The position numbers and the translations under genes are program-made. Shown here piece after piece: positions 39,382-48,497 of a stretch of DNA of 64,000 bases. Positions within the stretch are counted from its first letter, which is position 1. Every line of letters starts with the position of its first letter. The notes below the pieces were generated by a model. That model did not search any database, had not been told where the DNA came from, and worked only from the letters and a program-made list of their open reading frames with translations. Source of the stretch: a bacterium (GTDB taxonomy: Bacteria; Patescibacteriota; JABMPQ01; JAUVWW01); assembly GCA_030603885.1 (NCBI GenBank), contig JAUVWW010000001.1, positions 2,680 through 66,679 on the forward strand, in the 5' to 3' direction.

Positions 39382-40323
39382 ATGGATATCTATCAAACTC
39401 TACAAAAAGAATTAGACGGAAAAGTAATAGAAAATGAGCCTCTGGCCAATTACACCACTTTTAAAATTGGTGGTCCGGCTCAATATTTTTTTACAGCAGA
39501 GAATCTAACTGATTTGATAAAAGCAATCAAATCTGTAAAAAAATTAAATTTACCTTATTTTATTTTAGGAAGAGGAAGTAATCTCTTAGTTTCAGATAAA
39601 GGTTTTAAAGGCTTAATAATAAGAGTTATCAATGATAGATTAGAGATCAGGGATAATCGGATTAGATCAGAGACTGGGGTTGATTTGGGCAAACTTGTCC
39701 GTGAAGCAACCAATGTCAGTCTTTCTGGGTTAGAATTTTTAGCCGGGATTCCTGGAACTGTAGGAGCTGCTGTCTATGGAAATGCAGGAGCCTTTGGTAA
39801 ATCAACTGCCGATGTTCTAATTAGTGCTGAGATTTTGACTAAGGATAACAAAGTAAGAAAAGTAGAAAATAAATGGTTTAATTTTAGGTATCGAGATAGT
39901 AGATTGAAAGATTCAGGAGAAATAGTACTGAGAGCAGAATTTCAGTTAAAAAAAAGTAACAAAGAGGAAATTAAAAAGACCATTAATGAGATTCTTAAAA
40001 TACGTAAGGAAAAAATTCCTCCCTATGCTAGTGCAGGAAGTATTTTTAAGAATATAGAACTTAGAACATTAAACGAAAAACTTAAAACTTTATTCCAGGA
40101 GAAAGCTAAAGGAGGTAAAGTTGCCACTGGTTTTCTAATTGATCAATGTGGTTTAAAGGGTACTAAAATTGGAAGAGCAGAGATTTCAAAACAGCACGCC
40201 AATTTTATTATCAATAGAAATGGTGCTAAGGCTAAAGATGTATTAGAACTTATAAAATTGATTAAAAAGAAAGTTTATGATAAGTTTGGGATTAAGCTAA
40301 AAGAAGAGGTGAAGATTCTATGA
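39382..40323 (+). CDS. murB: UDP-N-acetylenolpyruvoylglucosamine reductase
   Basis: NYTTFKIGGPAQYF FAD-binding N-terminus, ~310 aa. Confidence 0.9.
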   Translation: MDIYQTLQKELDGKVIENEPLANYTTFKIGGPAQYFFTAENLTDLIKAIKSVKKLNLPYFILGRGSNLLVSDKGFKGLIIRVINDRLEIRDNRIRSETGVDLGKLVREATNVSLSGLEFLAGIPGTVGAAVYGNAGAFGKSTADVLISAEILTKDNKVRKVENKWFNFRYRDSRLKDSGEIVLRAEFQLKKSNKEEIKKTINEILKIRKEKIPPYASAGSIFKNIELRTLNEKLKTLFQEKAKGGKVATGFLIDQCGLKGTKIGRAEISKQHANFIINRNGAKAKDVLELIKLIKKKVYDKFGIKLKEEVKIL

Positions 40324-40697
40324 AAATCACTTTCTATGCTAAAAACATAAAATTGACTTCCGATCTTGAGGATTATGCCAGATCTAAGATTAATGCTTTA
40401 GAACATTACATTAAAAATGTTTTAGACTGTCGAGTTGAGCTAGATTATGCTTCTGGACAGCGTACAGGCCAGGTCTATCGAGTAGAGGTAAATATGAGAG
40501 TGCCTAAGCAATATCTCCTAAGAGCTGTTCATACAGCTCCTGATATCCATGAAGCTATTGATTTAGTTATTCCGAAGTTAAAAAAAGAGATTGGAAAATA
40601 TAAGGAAAAAATGGAGAGAAGGACAGAGAAAAAGCGCTCTTGGAGTTTTCGGAAAATGTTTGGGAAAAAAAGAAAAGGCAGGAGATTTAGATTTTAG
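40320..40697 (+). CDS. hpf: Ribosome hibernation promoting factor / RaiA family
   Basis: MKITFYAKNIKLTSDLEDYARSKINALEHY beta-alpha-beta-beta-beta-alpha fold signature. Basic C-terminal tail. Confidence 0.8.
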   Translation: MKITFYAKNIKLTSDLEDYARSKINALEHYIKNVLDCRVELDYASGQRTGQVYRVEVNMRVPKQYLLRAVHTAPDIHEAIDLVIPKLKKEIGKYKEKMERRTEKKRSWSFRKMFGKKRKGRRFRF

Positions 40698-40718
40698 CGT
40701 ATTATATTTTTAGCCCCC

Positions 40719-40747
40719 TTGACAGATTATTAAATATCTGTTATTCT
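40719..40747 (+). promoter_or_regulatory. Promoter TTGACA-N17-TATTCT
   Basis: ttgaca 40719-40724, tattct 40742-40747. Strong SD aaaggaggtg before ATG 40783. Confidence 0.45.
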
Positions 40748-40782
40748 TGAGAGAAACTTAAAATCAAAAAAGGAGGTGTTTT

Positions 40783-41376
40783 ATGAATACGAAGGAGCTG
40801 CTGCAGTATCTAAGCGGGCTTTATAAGATTCGTGAGCATTCACTCAGCAGAGAGAGACTTTACTGCATCCTTGTTGTGGGATCGTTTTTGATTCTCTTGG
40901 CAATTCGTTGCTATTTCAAAAATGATGCCCTCATAACAATATTGACACCCATGATGTCACCAGCCCTATTTTTCTTCATTGAGATATATTATTGGAAAGC
41001 CGAGACTTTAGTTTCCAATAAACAACAGCTTGAGAGAGAAATAAAACAGGTTGAGGAAGAGCTTGGAATAAAGTTCGTGAGCTCCCAGTACTACACTAAG
41101 GAATATCGATGGTTTTTTGATTGGATCCCTTTTGAGTCTTTTATTAAAGGGTGGGTTGTTTGGCCAATCGTGTCTCTTGCAGGTATATATTTCTATGCCT
41201 GGTCATTTAAAAAAGCGTGGTTTCACATTAGGTCTTTTGGAGGGGAATTTGGACGGTTGGATATGGTCTGTTTATGGGCCTCGCTTGCCGGGATGATTTT
41301 TATTTTTATAGACCACCTAGTGACCTGCGTAAGAGTTTACGGACGCAAACAAGAAAAAGTATCCGAACAAGAATAA
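40783..41376 (+). CDS. Membrane protein, hypothetical (GC-shifted relative to neighbours)
   Basis: 197 aa, 4 predicted TM helices. Visibly higher GC and use of CTG/GCC/GGG codons. Confidence 0.45.
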   Translation: MNTKELLQYLSGLYKIREHSLSRERLYCILVVGSFLILLAIRCYFKNDALITILTPMMSPALFFFIEIYYWKAETLVSNKQQLEREIKQVEEELGIKFVSSQYYTKEYRWFFDWIPFESFIKGWVVWPIVSLAGIYFYAWSFKKAWFHIRSFGGEFGRLDMVCLWASLAGMIFIFIDHLVTCVRVYGRKQEKVSEQE

Positions 41377-41383
41377 AAAAGTT

Positions 41384-41420
41384 AGGGTTGGATTTTCTTA
41401 AATCCAACCCTGTTTTTTTA
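41384..41420 (+). terminator. Rho-independent terminator
   Basis: agggttggatt-ttctta-aatccaaccct (11-bp perfect stem) followed by gttttttta. Confidence 0.6.
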
Positions 41421-41488
41421 TCAAGTTTTGCACTTGTTTTAAGGATATTTTTTTGCTAAAATAGGTTTGTTTAAAGGAATTAAATAAA

Positions 41489-44173
41489 ATGCCAATTTGG
41501 ACTAAAATCTTTGGAGATCCAAATTTAAAAGTGTTGCAAAAACTTCAGCCTAATTTAGATGAGGCAAATAAGCTTGAGCCTGTTTTTGAGAAATTAACTG
41601 ACGAGGAGCTGAAAGGCAAAACAGAAGAATTTAAGAACAGACTTAAAAAAAGAGAGACCTTGGATGGTCTTCTTCCTGAAGCTTTTGCAGTAATTCGAGA
41701 AGCATCAAAACGCACTACCAAGATGCGTCATTTTGATGTACAAGTTTTGGGAGCCATTATGCTTCATCAAGGAAAAATTACTGAGATGACTACTGGAGAA
41801 GGGAAAACCTTGGTAGCTACCATGCCTTTGTATTTGAATGCTCTAGAAGGAAAAGGAGCTCATTTAGTAACTGTTAATGATTATCTAGCTAGAAGAGATG
41901 TGGAATGGATGGGACCTATATATAATCTTTTGGGCCTTAAAGTTGGCGTTTTAAATCATGAAAAAGCCTATATTTATAATCCAAAAGAAGGTCCAAGAAA
42001 AACTAATTTAGGTTCAGGCGAAGAATTGAAAGAAGTACCAAGAAGAGAAGCATGTCAAGCAGACATCACCTATGGCACCAACAATGAATTTGGATTTGAT
42101 TATCTTCGAGATAATATGGTTATGGATTTAAGTCAGATGGTCCAACGGAAGTTTAATTATGCCATTGTCGATGAAGTAGATTCGATTTTAATTGACGAAG
42201 CCAGAACTCCTTTGATCATTTCTGCTCCAGCTGAAGAAGCTACTGAGAAGTACTCTCAATTTGCCAGGCTTGTTCCAAGATTAAAAGAAAATATAGACTA
42301 CAATGTGGACGAAAAAATGAGAGCCTGCACTTTGACTGAAAAGGGAATTGATTATGTAGAAAAAATGTTAGGGGTAGAGAATATCTATACTGAAGCCGGC
42401 ATAGATATAGTTCATCACTTAGAAAAAGCTCTACAGGCTTATACTTTATATCACCGGGACAAAGAGTATGTTATCAAAGATGGAGAAATAATTATTGTTG
42501 ATGAATTTACAGGAAGACTGATGTATGGCCGAAGATATTCAGAAGGCCTGCATCAAGCAATCGAAGCTAAAGAAGGTGTCCCAGTAAAACAGGAAAGTGT
42601 AACTTTAGCTACTGTTACTTTTCAGAACTATTTTAGAATGTATAAAAAACTGGCTGGTATGACTGGAACAGCAGTCACTTCGGCTGAGGAATTCCAGAAA
42701 GTTTATAACTTAGATGTGGTTGTTATTCCAACTAATAAACCCTTGATTCGAGATCAAAAACCAGATTCTATTTATAAAACAGAAGTAGGAAAATGGAAGG
42801 CAGTAACAAGAGAAGTGAGAAGACTTCATGAGCAGGGAAGACCAGTATTGATAGGTACTACTTCTGTAGAGAAGAACGAGATATTAAGCGATTTATTAGA
42901 TAAAGAAGGATTAGAACATAATACTCTTAATGCCAAACATCATGAAAAAGAAGCGGCCATCCTTACCGAGGCAGGAAGATTAGGGGCAGTAACCTGTTCT
43001 ACTAATATGGCCGGTCGAGGGGTGGATATAGTCTTAGGAGGAAATCCAGAAATGTTGGCCAGGGAAGGAGTATCAGAAGAAGAGTGGCAAAAAGAGCATG
43101 ACCAGGTGATTAAGTTAGGCGGTCTACATGTTATTGGTACAGAAAGACATGAAGCCCGAAGAATTGATAATCAGCTAAGAGGTCGAGCTGGAAGGCAAGG
43201 AGATCCAGGCTCAAGCCAGTTTTTTGTCTCTTTAGAGGATGATTTAATGAGAATTTTTGGAGGAGACAGAGTCAAGGCCATGATGGACCTATTGCGTTTG
43301 CCTGAGGATCAGCCCATAGAACACAGATTAATTTCTCGTTCCATTGAATCTGCTCAGTCCAAGGTGGAAGGAAATAATTTTGATTTAAGAAAGCATCTTT
43401 TAGAATATGATGATGTAATGAATAAACATAGGGAAGTGATTTATAGGAAAAGAAGAGAAATGTTAAAAGATCCTAAACAGATAAAGTCTAAAGTTCTAGA
43501 GATGGTTGACTCAGAGATCGAACAGATTGTCTCTAAGCACACCGCTACTGATGAAGAAAGCCAGTGGAATATCGAAGAAATAGTCGAGGTATTAAATACC
43601 ATTTTCCCTATAGATATAGATAGTGTTCATACTCACTTAGAAGACTTACGAAAAGAAGCTGGACTAAGAACTCAAGATATAGAGGTAAGGGAGAAGATTA
43701 TCCAATATTTAATGGATTTGGCTCACCAGGCTTATAATGAAAAAGAAAAACAGCTTCAGCCTGAAGTTATGAGACAAATTGAGCGAGCTATTTTACTTCG
43801 GACCATTGATAGATTATGGATTGATCATTTGGCTGCTATGATGAGATTGAGAGAGGGGATAGGATTACGCGGCTATGGCCAAATGGATCCATTAGTTGAG
43901 TATAAAAAAGAAGCCTATGGGATGTTTCAGAAATTACTCGATGCCATCCAAAATAATGTGGTTTATACTATTTATAAAGTGGGGGTAGTAGTCAAACAAA
44001 AATCTCCCATGGAAACAGCTAAAAAGCAATTCAGAGGAGCACCCAAGACTTCAGAAGAAAGAAAAGCCAGACCTTTACGCACAAAGAAAAAAATAGGTCG
44101 AAATGATCCTTGTCCGTGCGGTTCAGGTAAGAAATTTAAGAAATGTTGTATGGGGAAGGGGATATATGATTAG
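41489..44173 (+). CDS. secA: Preprotein translocase ATPase SecA
   Basis: MTTGEGKTLVATMP Walker A, DEVDSILIDEARTPLIIS, helicase-like domains. C-terminal zinc motif CPCGSGKKFKKCC. Confidence 0.97.
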   Translation: MPIWTKIFGDPNLKVLQKLQPNLDEANKLEPVFEKLTDEELKGKTEEFKNRLKKRETLDGLLPEAFAVIREASKRTTKMRHFDVQVLGAIMLHQGKITEMTTGEGKTLVATMPLYLNALEGKGAHLVTVNDYLARRDVEWMGPIYNLLGLKVGVLNHEKAYIYNPKEGPRKTNLGSGEELKEVPRREACQADITYGTNNEFGFDYLRDNMVMDLSQMVQRKFNYAIVDEVDSILIDEARTPLIISAPAEEATEKYSQFARLVPRLKENIDYNVDEKMRACTLTEKGIDYVEKMLGVENIYTEAGIDIVHHLEKALQAYTLYHRDKEYVIKDGEIIIVDEFTGRLMYGRRYSEGLHQAIEAKEGVPVKQESVTLATVTFQNYFRMYKKLAGMTGTAVTSAEEFQKVYNLDVVVIPTNKPLIRDQKPDSIYKTEVGKWKAVTREVRRLHEQGRPVLIGTTSVEKNEILSDLLDKEGLEHNTLNAKHHEKEAAILTEAGRLGAVTCSTNMAGRGVDIVLGGNPEMLAREGVSEEEWQKEHDQVIKLGGLHVIGTERHEARRIDNQLRGRAGRQGDPGSSQFFVSLEDDLMRIFGGDRVKAMMDLLRLPEDQPIEHRLISRSIESAQSKVEGNNFDLRKHLLEYDDVMNKHREVIYRKRREMLKDPKQIKSKVLEMVDSEIEQIVSKHTATDEESQWNIEEIVEVLNTIFPIDIDSVHTHLEDLRKEAGLRTQDIEVREKIIQYLMDLAHQAYNEKEKQLQPEVMRQIERAILLRTIDRLWIDHLAAMMRLREGIGLRGYGQMDPLVEYKKEAYGMFQKLLDAIQNNVVYTIYKVGVVVKQKSPMETAKKQFRGAPKTSEERKARPLRTKKKIGRNDPCPCGSGKKFKKCCMGKGIYD

Positions 44174-44413
44174 ATAAAAGGAACTGGCAAAATAAAAACC
44201 CAGTATTGCTACTAGGTCGGATGAAGACATTATTGTAAACCAATAAGAGACAGCTCAACTTTTAGGCATTCCTTCTATTACTGTAGAATTAGGTTATGGT
44301 ATGGATTGGGAAAGAAATTTAGAAGCCATGATAAGATCAATAAGATATTAACATTGATTTTTTACTATTTTTTTTATAAAATAAAATAGTAAATTATTTA
44401 TTAGATAATTGAT

Positions 44414-45838
44414 ATGAAAAATAAAGTTAAAATTTTATTAAGCATCAATATTATTCTTTGCTTCGTCTTTTTTTGCTTTAATTTAGCCAAAGCTTCCTAT
44501 AATACTATCCCACAAGTAAAGGTTTATAATCAAGATGCTACCCAGGTAAAGTCTACTTTTCTTGCTTATCAAGAAAGTTTTAGAGGAGGATTAAAGATTG
44601 CCGCAGGAGATATTGATGGAGATAGACGAGATGAAATTATCACTGGAGCAGGGCTAGATGGAGGACCCCATGTTCAGGTTTTTGATATGAATGGCAATTT
44701 TATGTGGCAGACTATGGCTTTTGATGAAGGGTTCAAAGGAGGCATTGATGTAGCAGCTGGTGATGTTAACGGAGATGGAAAGGATGAAATTATTGTTTCA
44801 CAACTTTCAGGTGGCCAAGCTTGGATCAAAATTTACAAAGCCAATAGACAGAGAACTATCCTAGCCAACTTTCTAGCTTTTGCTTCTAGTTTTGAAGGAG
44901 GATGTCACATAGCTTCAGGTGATGTTGATGGAGATGGAAAAGATGAGATAATAGCTGGAGCCGGATCTTCAGGAAAACCACACATACGAGTTTTTGATGA
45001 AAAAGGTAATTGGACTGGTTGGGATACTTTTGCTTTCCATGAAGATTTTAGAGGTGGAGTAGATCTAGCCTCAGAAGATATTGATAATGATGGTCGTGAT
45101 GAAATTATTGTGGCTCAAAATTCTTTTGGTCAAGCTTGGGTAAAAGTTTATCGAGCTAATAGAGAAAAAACTATTGTTTCTGAGTTTCTTGCTTATGCTC
45201 CAAATTTTGAAGGAGGAACAAATATTGGAGCAGGAGACATTGACCATGATGGTCGAGCAGAGATAATTGCAGGAGCCAATGCTGGTGGAGGACCACATGT
45301 AAAAGCATTCAAAGCTTCGGGTAAGCCTAAGAGTACAAGCTTCTTTCCTTATCCTCTAGATTTTCAGGGAGGAGTAAATGTGGCTGTAGGAAATTTACAA
45401 AGGGATTCAACTAATGAAATAATTACTTCTCCGGGGAAAAAATTACCTGAAGGAAGAGTAGATTTATACAAGTATATTGAAATAGATCTTTCATCTCAGA
45501 TTCTAAAATACTTTGAAAATGGACATAAAGTAGATGAGTATTATATTTCTTCTGGAGTATGGCGCCATCCAACTCCTAAAGGAGAATTTAGCGTTTATTC
45601 CAAACGTCTTTTTACTAGAATGACCTGGTATTATGGTCCTGATAATCCTGATAATTATGATTTAGCCAATGTACCTCATGTTCTATCCTTTCTTGGTCCT
45701 TATACTATTCACGGCGCTTATTGGCATAATAATTTTGGTTATAGAATGAGCCATGGCTGTGTCAATGAGCCGTTGGGTAAGGCAGCTCAGCTTTACAAAT
45801 GGGCTTCAATTGGGACACCGGTGATAATACACGATTAG
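44414..45838 (+). CDS. Secreted FG-GAP-repeat beta-propeller protein fused to a C-terminal L,D-transpeptidase (YkuD) domain
   Basis: Signal peptide. About 7 repeats of form D[IV][DN]GDG[KR]DEII. C-terminal HPTPKGEFSV...SHGCVN catalytic motif of L,D-transpeptidases. Confidence 0.7.
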   Translation: MKNKVKILLSINIILCFVFFCFNLAKASYNTIPQVKVYNQDATQVKSTFLAYQESFRGGLKIAAGDIDGDRRDEIITGAGLDGGPHVQVFDMNGNFMWQTMAFDEGFKGGIDVAAGDVNGDGKDEIIVSQLSGGQAWIKIYKANRQRTILANFLAFASSFEGGCHIASGDVDGDGKDEIIAGAGSSGKPHIRVFDEKGNWTGWDTFAFHEDFRGGVDLASEDIDNDGRDEIIVAQNSFGQAWVKVYRANREKTIVSEFLAYAPNFEGGTNIGAGDIDHDGRAEIIAGANAGGGPHVKAFKASGKPKSTSFFPYPLDFQGGVNVAVGNLQRDSTNEIITSPGKKLPEGRVDLYKYIEIDLSSQILKYFENGHKVDEYYISSGVWRHPTPKGEFSVYSKRLFTRMTWYYGPDNPDNYDLANVPHVLSFLGPYTIHGAYWHNNFGYRMSHGCVNEPLGKAAQLYKWASIGTPVIIHD

Positions 45839-45936
45839 CTGTAGCTCGCTCAAGAGCCTCGTTGCTCAGGAAGGAATCCTCCCGCCTTCGGTGGGCCCCT
45901 CCTAACTCAACCTCGGCAGGAATGGCTCGCTAGGAT
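45839..45936. other. About 100-bp GC-rich non-coding island (candidate structured RNA or element) upstream of secD
   Basis: Roughly 60% GC in an otherwise AT-rich genome. No start codon in any forward frame. Internal direct repeats (gctcgct x2; cctcg..caggaa x2). Possible cccgc-cuucg-gtggg hairpin. Confidence 0.3.
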
Positions 45937-45951
45937 AGTAAATTATTTATT

Positions 45952-47394
45952 ATGTCAATTCGCAAAAAAATCTGGTTAACTTTCGTAGGTATAATAATTT
46001 TAGTGGTCTTAGCAGGCTTAGTTGATTGGCCTAAGGGGCCAGATTTTAAAATTGGGCAGTTTTATAGAGAGCTTAAAGTGCACTTGGGTTTAGATCTTCA
46101 AGGGGGAACCCATCTTGTTTATGAGTGTGATTTATCCAAGATAAAACCAGAAGACTATGATGAGGCAGTAGCCGGGGTGAGGGATGTGATAGAGAGGAGA
46201 GTAAATGCTTTAGGGCTGGCAGAGCCAGTAGTTCAGACCGTAGCTGTTGAAGGACATTATAGATTGATTATTGAACTGGCCGGAATAAAAGATGTTGAAA
46301 AAGCACAAGCTGAAATTGGTCAGACGCCATCTTTAGATTTTAGAGAGCTAATTGGGATTCCTATGCCAGAAATGAAAGAAGGAGAAGGTGGGCTAGAGGA
46401 GACAAAAGAGGAGCCAAAAGAAGCAGAGGAGCCAGGAACAAGTTCCTTAAAACTATTTATTTCTCAAGCTTTAGCCCAAGAAGAATCTGAAGAGCCAGCT
46501 GAAGTAGAAGAAAAGACCGAGAAGATTGAAGAGCAACCTCAAGTTCAGACCATGTTTATCCCTACTAAATTAGCTGGCCATCATCTAAAAAGAGCTCAAT
46601 TGCAATTTGACAAGCAAACAAACCAGCCTCAGATTGGTCTTGAATTTGATGCCGAAGGAACAAAATTATTTGCTGAAATTACAGAAAGAAATGTAGGAAA
46701 ACCAGTAGCTATATTTTTGGATAATTATTTAATTTCTGCCCCCACTGTTCAAGAACCAATCAGAGAAGGAAAAGCAGTTGTCACTGGAGAGTTCACTTTA
46801 CAAGAGGCAAAAGACCTAGCCATGCGTCTTAATGCCGGAGCCTTGCCTGTTCCTATTAATTTAATTTCTCAGCAAAATGTGGGAGCCTCCTTAGGAAAGA
46901 TTTCCATAGAAAAAAGCCTTTTGGCTGGTGTTTTGGGTCTTTTATGTATAGCTTTGTTTATGATATTTTATTATAGATTTCTAGGTGCCCTGGCTACCTG
47001 TGCTTTGCTTATCTACGGTCTTATTGTTTTAGCTTTGTTTAAGTTAATTCCAGTCACTTTAACTTTGGCTGGGATGGCTGGATTTATCTTGTCTGTTGGC
47101 ATGGCTGTGGATGCTAATGTTCTGATTTTTGAACGAATGAAAGAAGAATTAAGATCTGGTAAGCCTCAAGGGGTTGCTGTGGATGAAGGATTTAAATATG
47201 CCTGGAGTGCTATTCGAGATTCTAATGTTTCTACCTTGATTACTTGTGTCATCCTAGCCTGGTTTGGAACTTCAATTATAAAAGGATTTGCTATTACTTT
47301 GGGTGTTGGAGTACTAGTTAGTATGTTTTCTGCTATAACCATTACTAGAACCTTTTTAAGACTGTTTTATGTTAAACATCATTCAAAAACGTAA
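45952..47394 (+). CDS. secD: Protein translocase subunit SecD
   Basis: N-terminal TM, periplasmic domain with acidic linker, C-terminal 5-6 TM SecD/F core. Confidence 0.9.
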   Translation: MSIRKKIWLTFVGIIILVVLAGLVDWPKGPDFKIGQFYRELKVHLGLDLQGGTHLVYECDLSKIKPEDYDEAVAGVRDVIERRVNALGLAEPVVQTVAVEGHYRLIIELAGIKDVEKAQAEIGQTPSLDFRELIGIPMPEMKEGEGGLEETKEEPKEAEEPGTSSLKLFISQALAQEESEEPAEVEEKTEKIEEQPQVQTMFIPTKLAGHHLKRAQLQFDKQTNQPQIGLEFDAEGTKLFAEITERNVGKPVAIFLDNYLISAPTVQEPIREGKAVVTGEFTLQEAKDLAMRLNAGALPVPINLISQQNVGASLGKISIEKSLLAGVLGLLCIALFMIFYYRFLGALATCALLIYGLIVLALFKLIPVTLTLAGMAGFILSVGMAVDANVLIFERMKEELRSGKPQGVAVDEGFKYAWSAIRDSNVSTLITCVILAWFGTSIIKGFAITLGVGVLVSMFSAITITRTFLRLFYVKHHSKT

Positions 47395-48262
47395 AATTTG
47401 GTTTATTCTTTCAGGAATAATTATTCTAGCTGGGATTGTCTCTCTGACGATGTGGGGCCTGAAATTGGGCATTGATTTTACTGGTGGGGCTCTAGTTGAA
47501 ATTGAATTCAAAGACAAAAGGCCTGATCTTTCTGAGATAGATAAAACCTTAGAGCCTCTTGAGCTTGAGCAGGCTCCTATTCAGCCTACAGGAGAGCGAG
47601 GAATTTTACTTCGGACAAAACCTCTTGATGAAGAAAAACATAAAGAGCTTCTTTCCACATTAGGAGATAAATTTGGTCAAATTGAAGAGATAAGATACGA
47701 AAGTATTGGACCTACCATAGGAAAAGAGTTGAGAAGAAAAGCTATTTATGCCATATCTGTAGCTTTAGTTTGTATTGTCTTATATATTGCTTATGCCTTC
47801 AGAAAAGTATCCAAAGAGATTTCTTCTTGGAAATTAGGTCTTTGTACCATTGGAGCTTTAGTTCATGATACCTTTATTGTTTTAGGAATCTTTTCTATTT
47901 TAGGACACTATTTTGGTATAGAAATAACAGCTTTGTTTATTGTGGCTCTTTTAACTATTTTAGGTTATTCAGTCAATGATACTATTGTAGTTTTTGATCG
48001 AATTAGAGAAAATCTACTTTCTGTTAAAGAAGAGACCTTTGATCGAACAGTAAACAAAAGTGTTAACCAGTGTTTGACTAGGTCTATTAATACTTCTACC
48101 ACTACTTTCTTAGTTCTTCTAGCCATCTTTTTATTTGGAGGAGAAACAATTCGATATTTCATTTTAGCTTTAATGATGGGAGTGATTGTGGGTACTTACT
48201 CATCAATTTTTATTGCTAGCCCACTTTTGGTGGCTTGGCAAAGGTTGACAAAAAGAACTTAG
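47369..48262 (+). CDS. secF: Protein translocase subunit SecF
   Basis: SecF architecture. Overlaps the secD 3' end. Confidence 0.9.
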   Translation: MLNIIQKRKIWFILSGIIILAGIVSLTMWGLKLGIDFTGGALVEIEFKDKRPDLSEIDKTLEPLELEQAPIQPTGERGILLRTKPLDEEKHKELLSTLGDKFGQIEEIRYESIGPTIGKELRRKAIYAISVALVCIVLYIAYAFRKVSKEISSWKLGLCTIGALVHDTFIVLGIFSILGHYFGIEITALFIVALLTILGYSVNDTIVVFDRIRENLLSVKEETFDRTVNKSVNQCLTRSINTSTTTFLVLLAIFLFGGETIRYFILALMMGVIVGTYSSIFIASPLLVAWQRLTKRT

Positions 48263-48271
48263 GATTATTTA

Positions 48272-48325
48272 GCAGCCACTAGCTATACAATTCTATAGCC
48301 GGTGGCTCTTTATTTTCCTTTATTT
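48272..48325 (+). terminator. Candidate Rho-independent terminator after secF
   Basis: Imperfect about 13-bp stem (cagccactagctata / tatagccggtggctc) followed by tttattttcctttattt. Confidence 0.4.
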
Positions 48326-48368
48326 AAGTCAAAAACTGTCAATTTTCTTAAAAATTACCCAAAACCCC

Positions 48369-48397
48369 TTGACAGGCTTTTTTAGTTATGTTAAGAT
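48369..48397 (+). promoter_or_regulatory. Promoter TTGACA-N17-TAAGAT, with a second TTGACA 44 nt downstream
   Basis: ttgaca 48369-48374, taagat 48392-48397. Second ttgaca at 48413-48418 followed by a tatcat-like -10. Confidence 0.5.
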
Positions 48398-48497
48398 GGT
48401 ATATCAGATGTTTGACAGCTTTTAATTTGTATGATATCATTAATTATAGGAGAGTGAGTAAATCCATATAGTAGCTTAAATAAAAAGGAAAAAAGCC

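Noticed and set aside
44174-44413. Possible remnant of a small HTH gene (translation ...ETAQLLGIPSITVELGYGMDWERNLEAMIRSIRY*) in the secA / FG-GAP spacer.
   Set aside because: It is interrupted by stops, has no start codon or RBS, and the similarity to excisionase/MerR-type HTHs is only impressionistic. Too weak to annotate.
45839-45936. Considered calling the GC-rich island an SRP (4.5S) RNA, because of the GGAAGGAA segment and the roughly 100-nt size.
   Set aside because: The 5' and 3' ends are not complementary, so no long closing helix can form. The domain-IV GNRA/symmetric-loop pattern is not recoverable by eye. Left as an unassigned candidate RNA.
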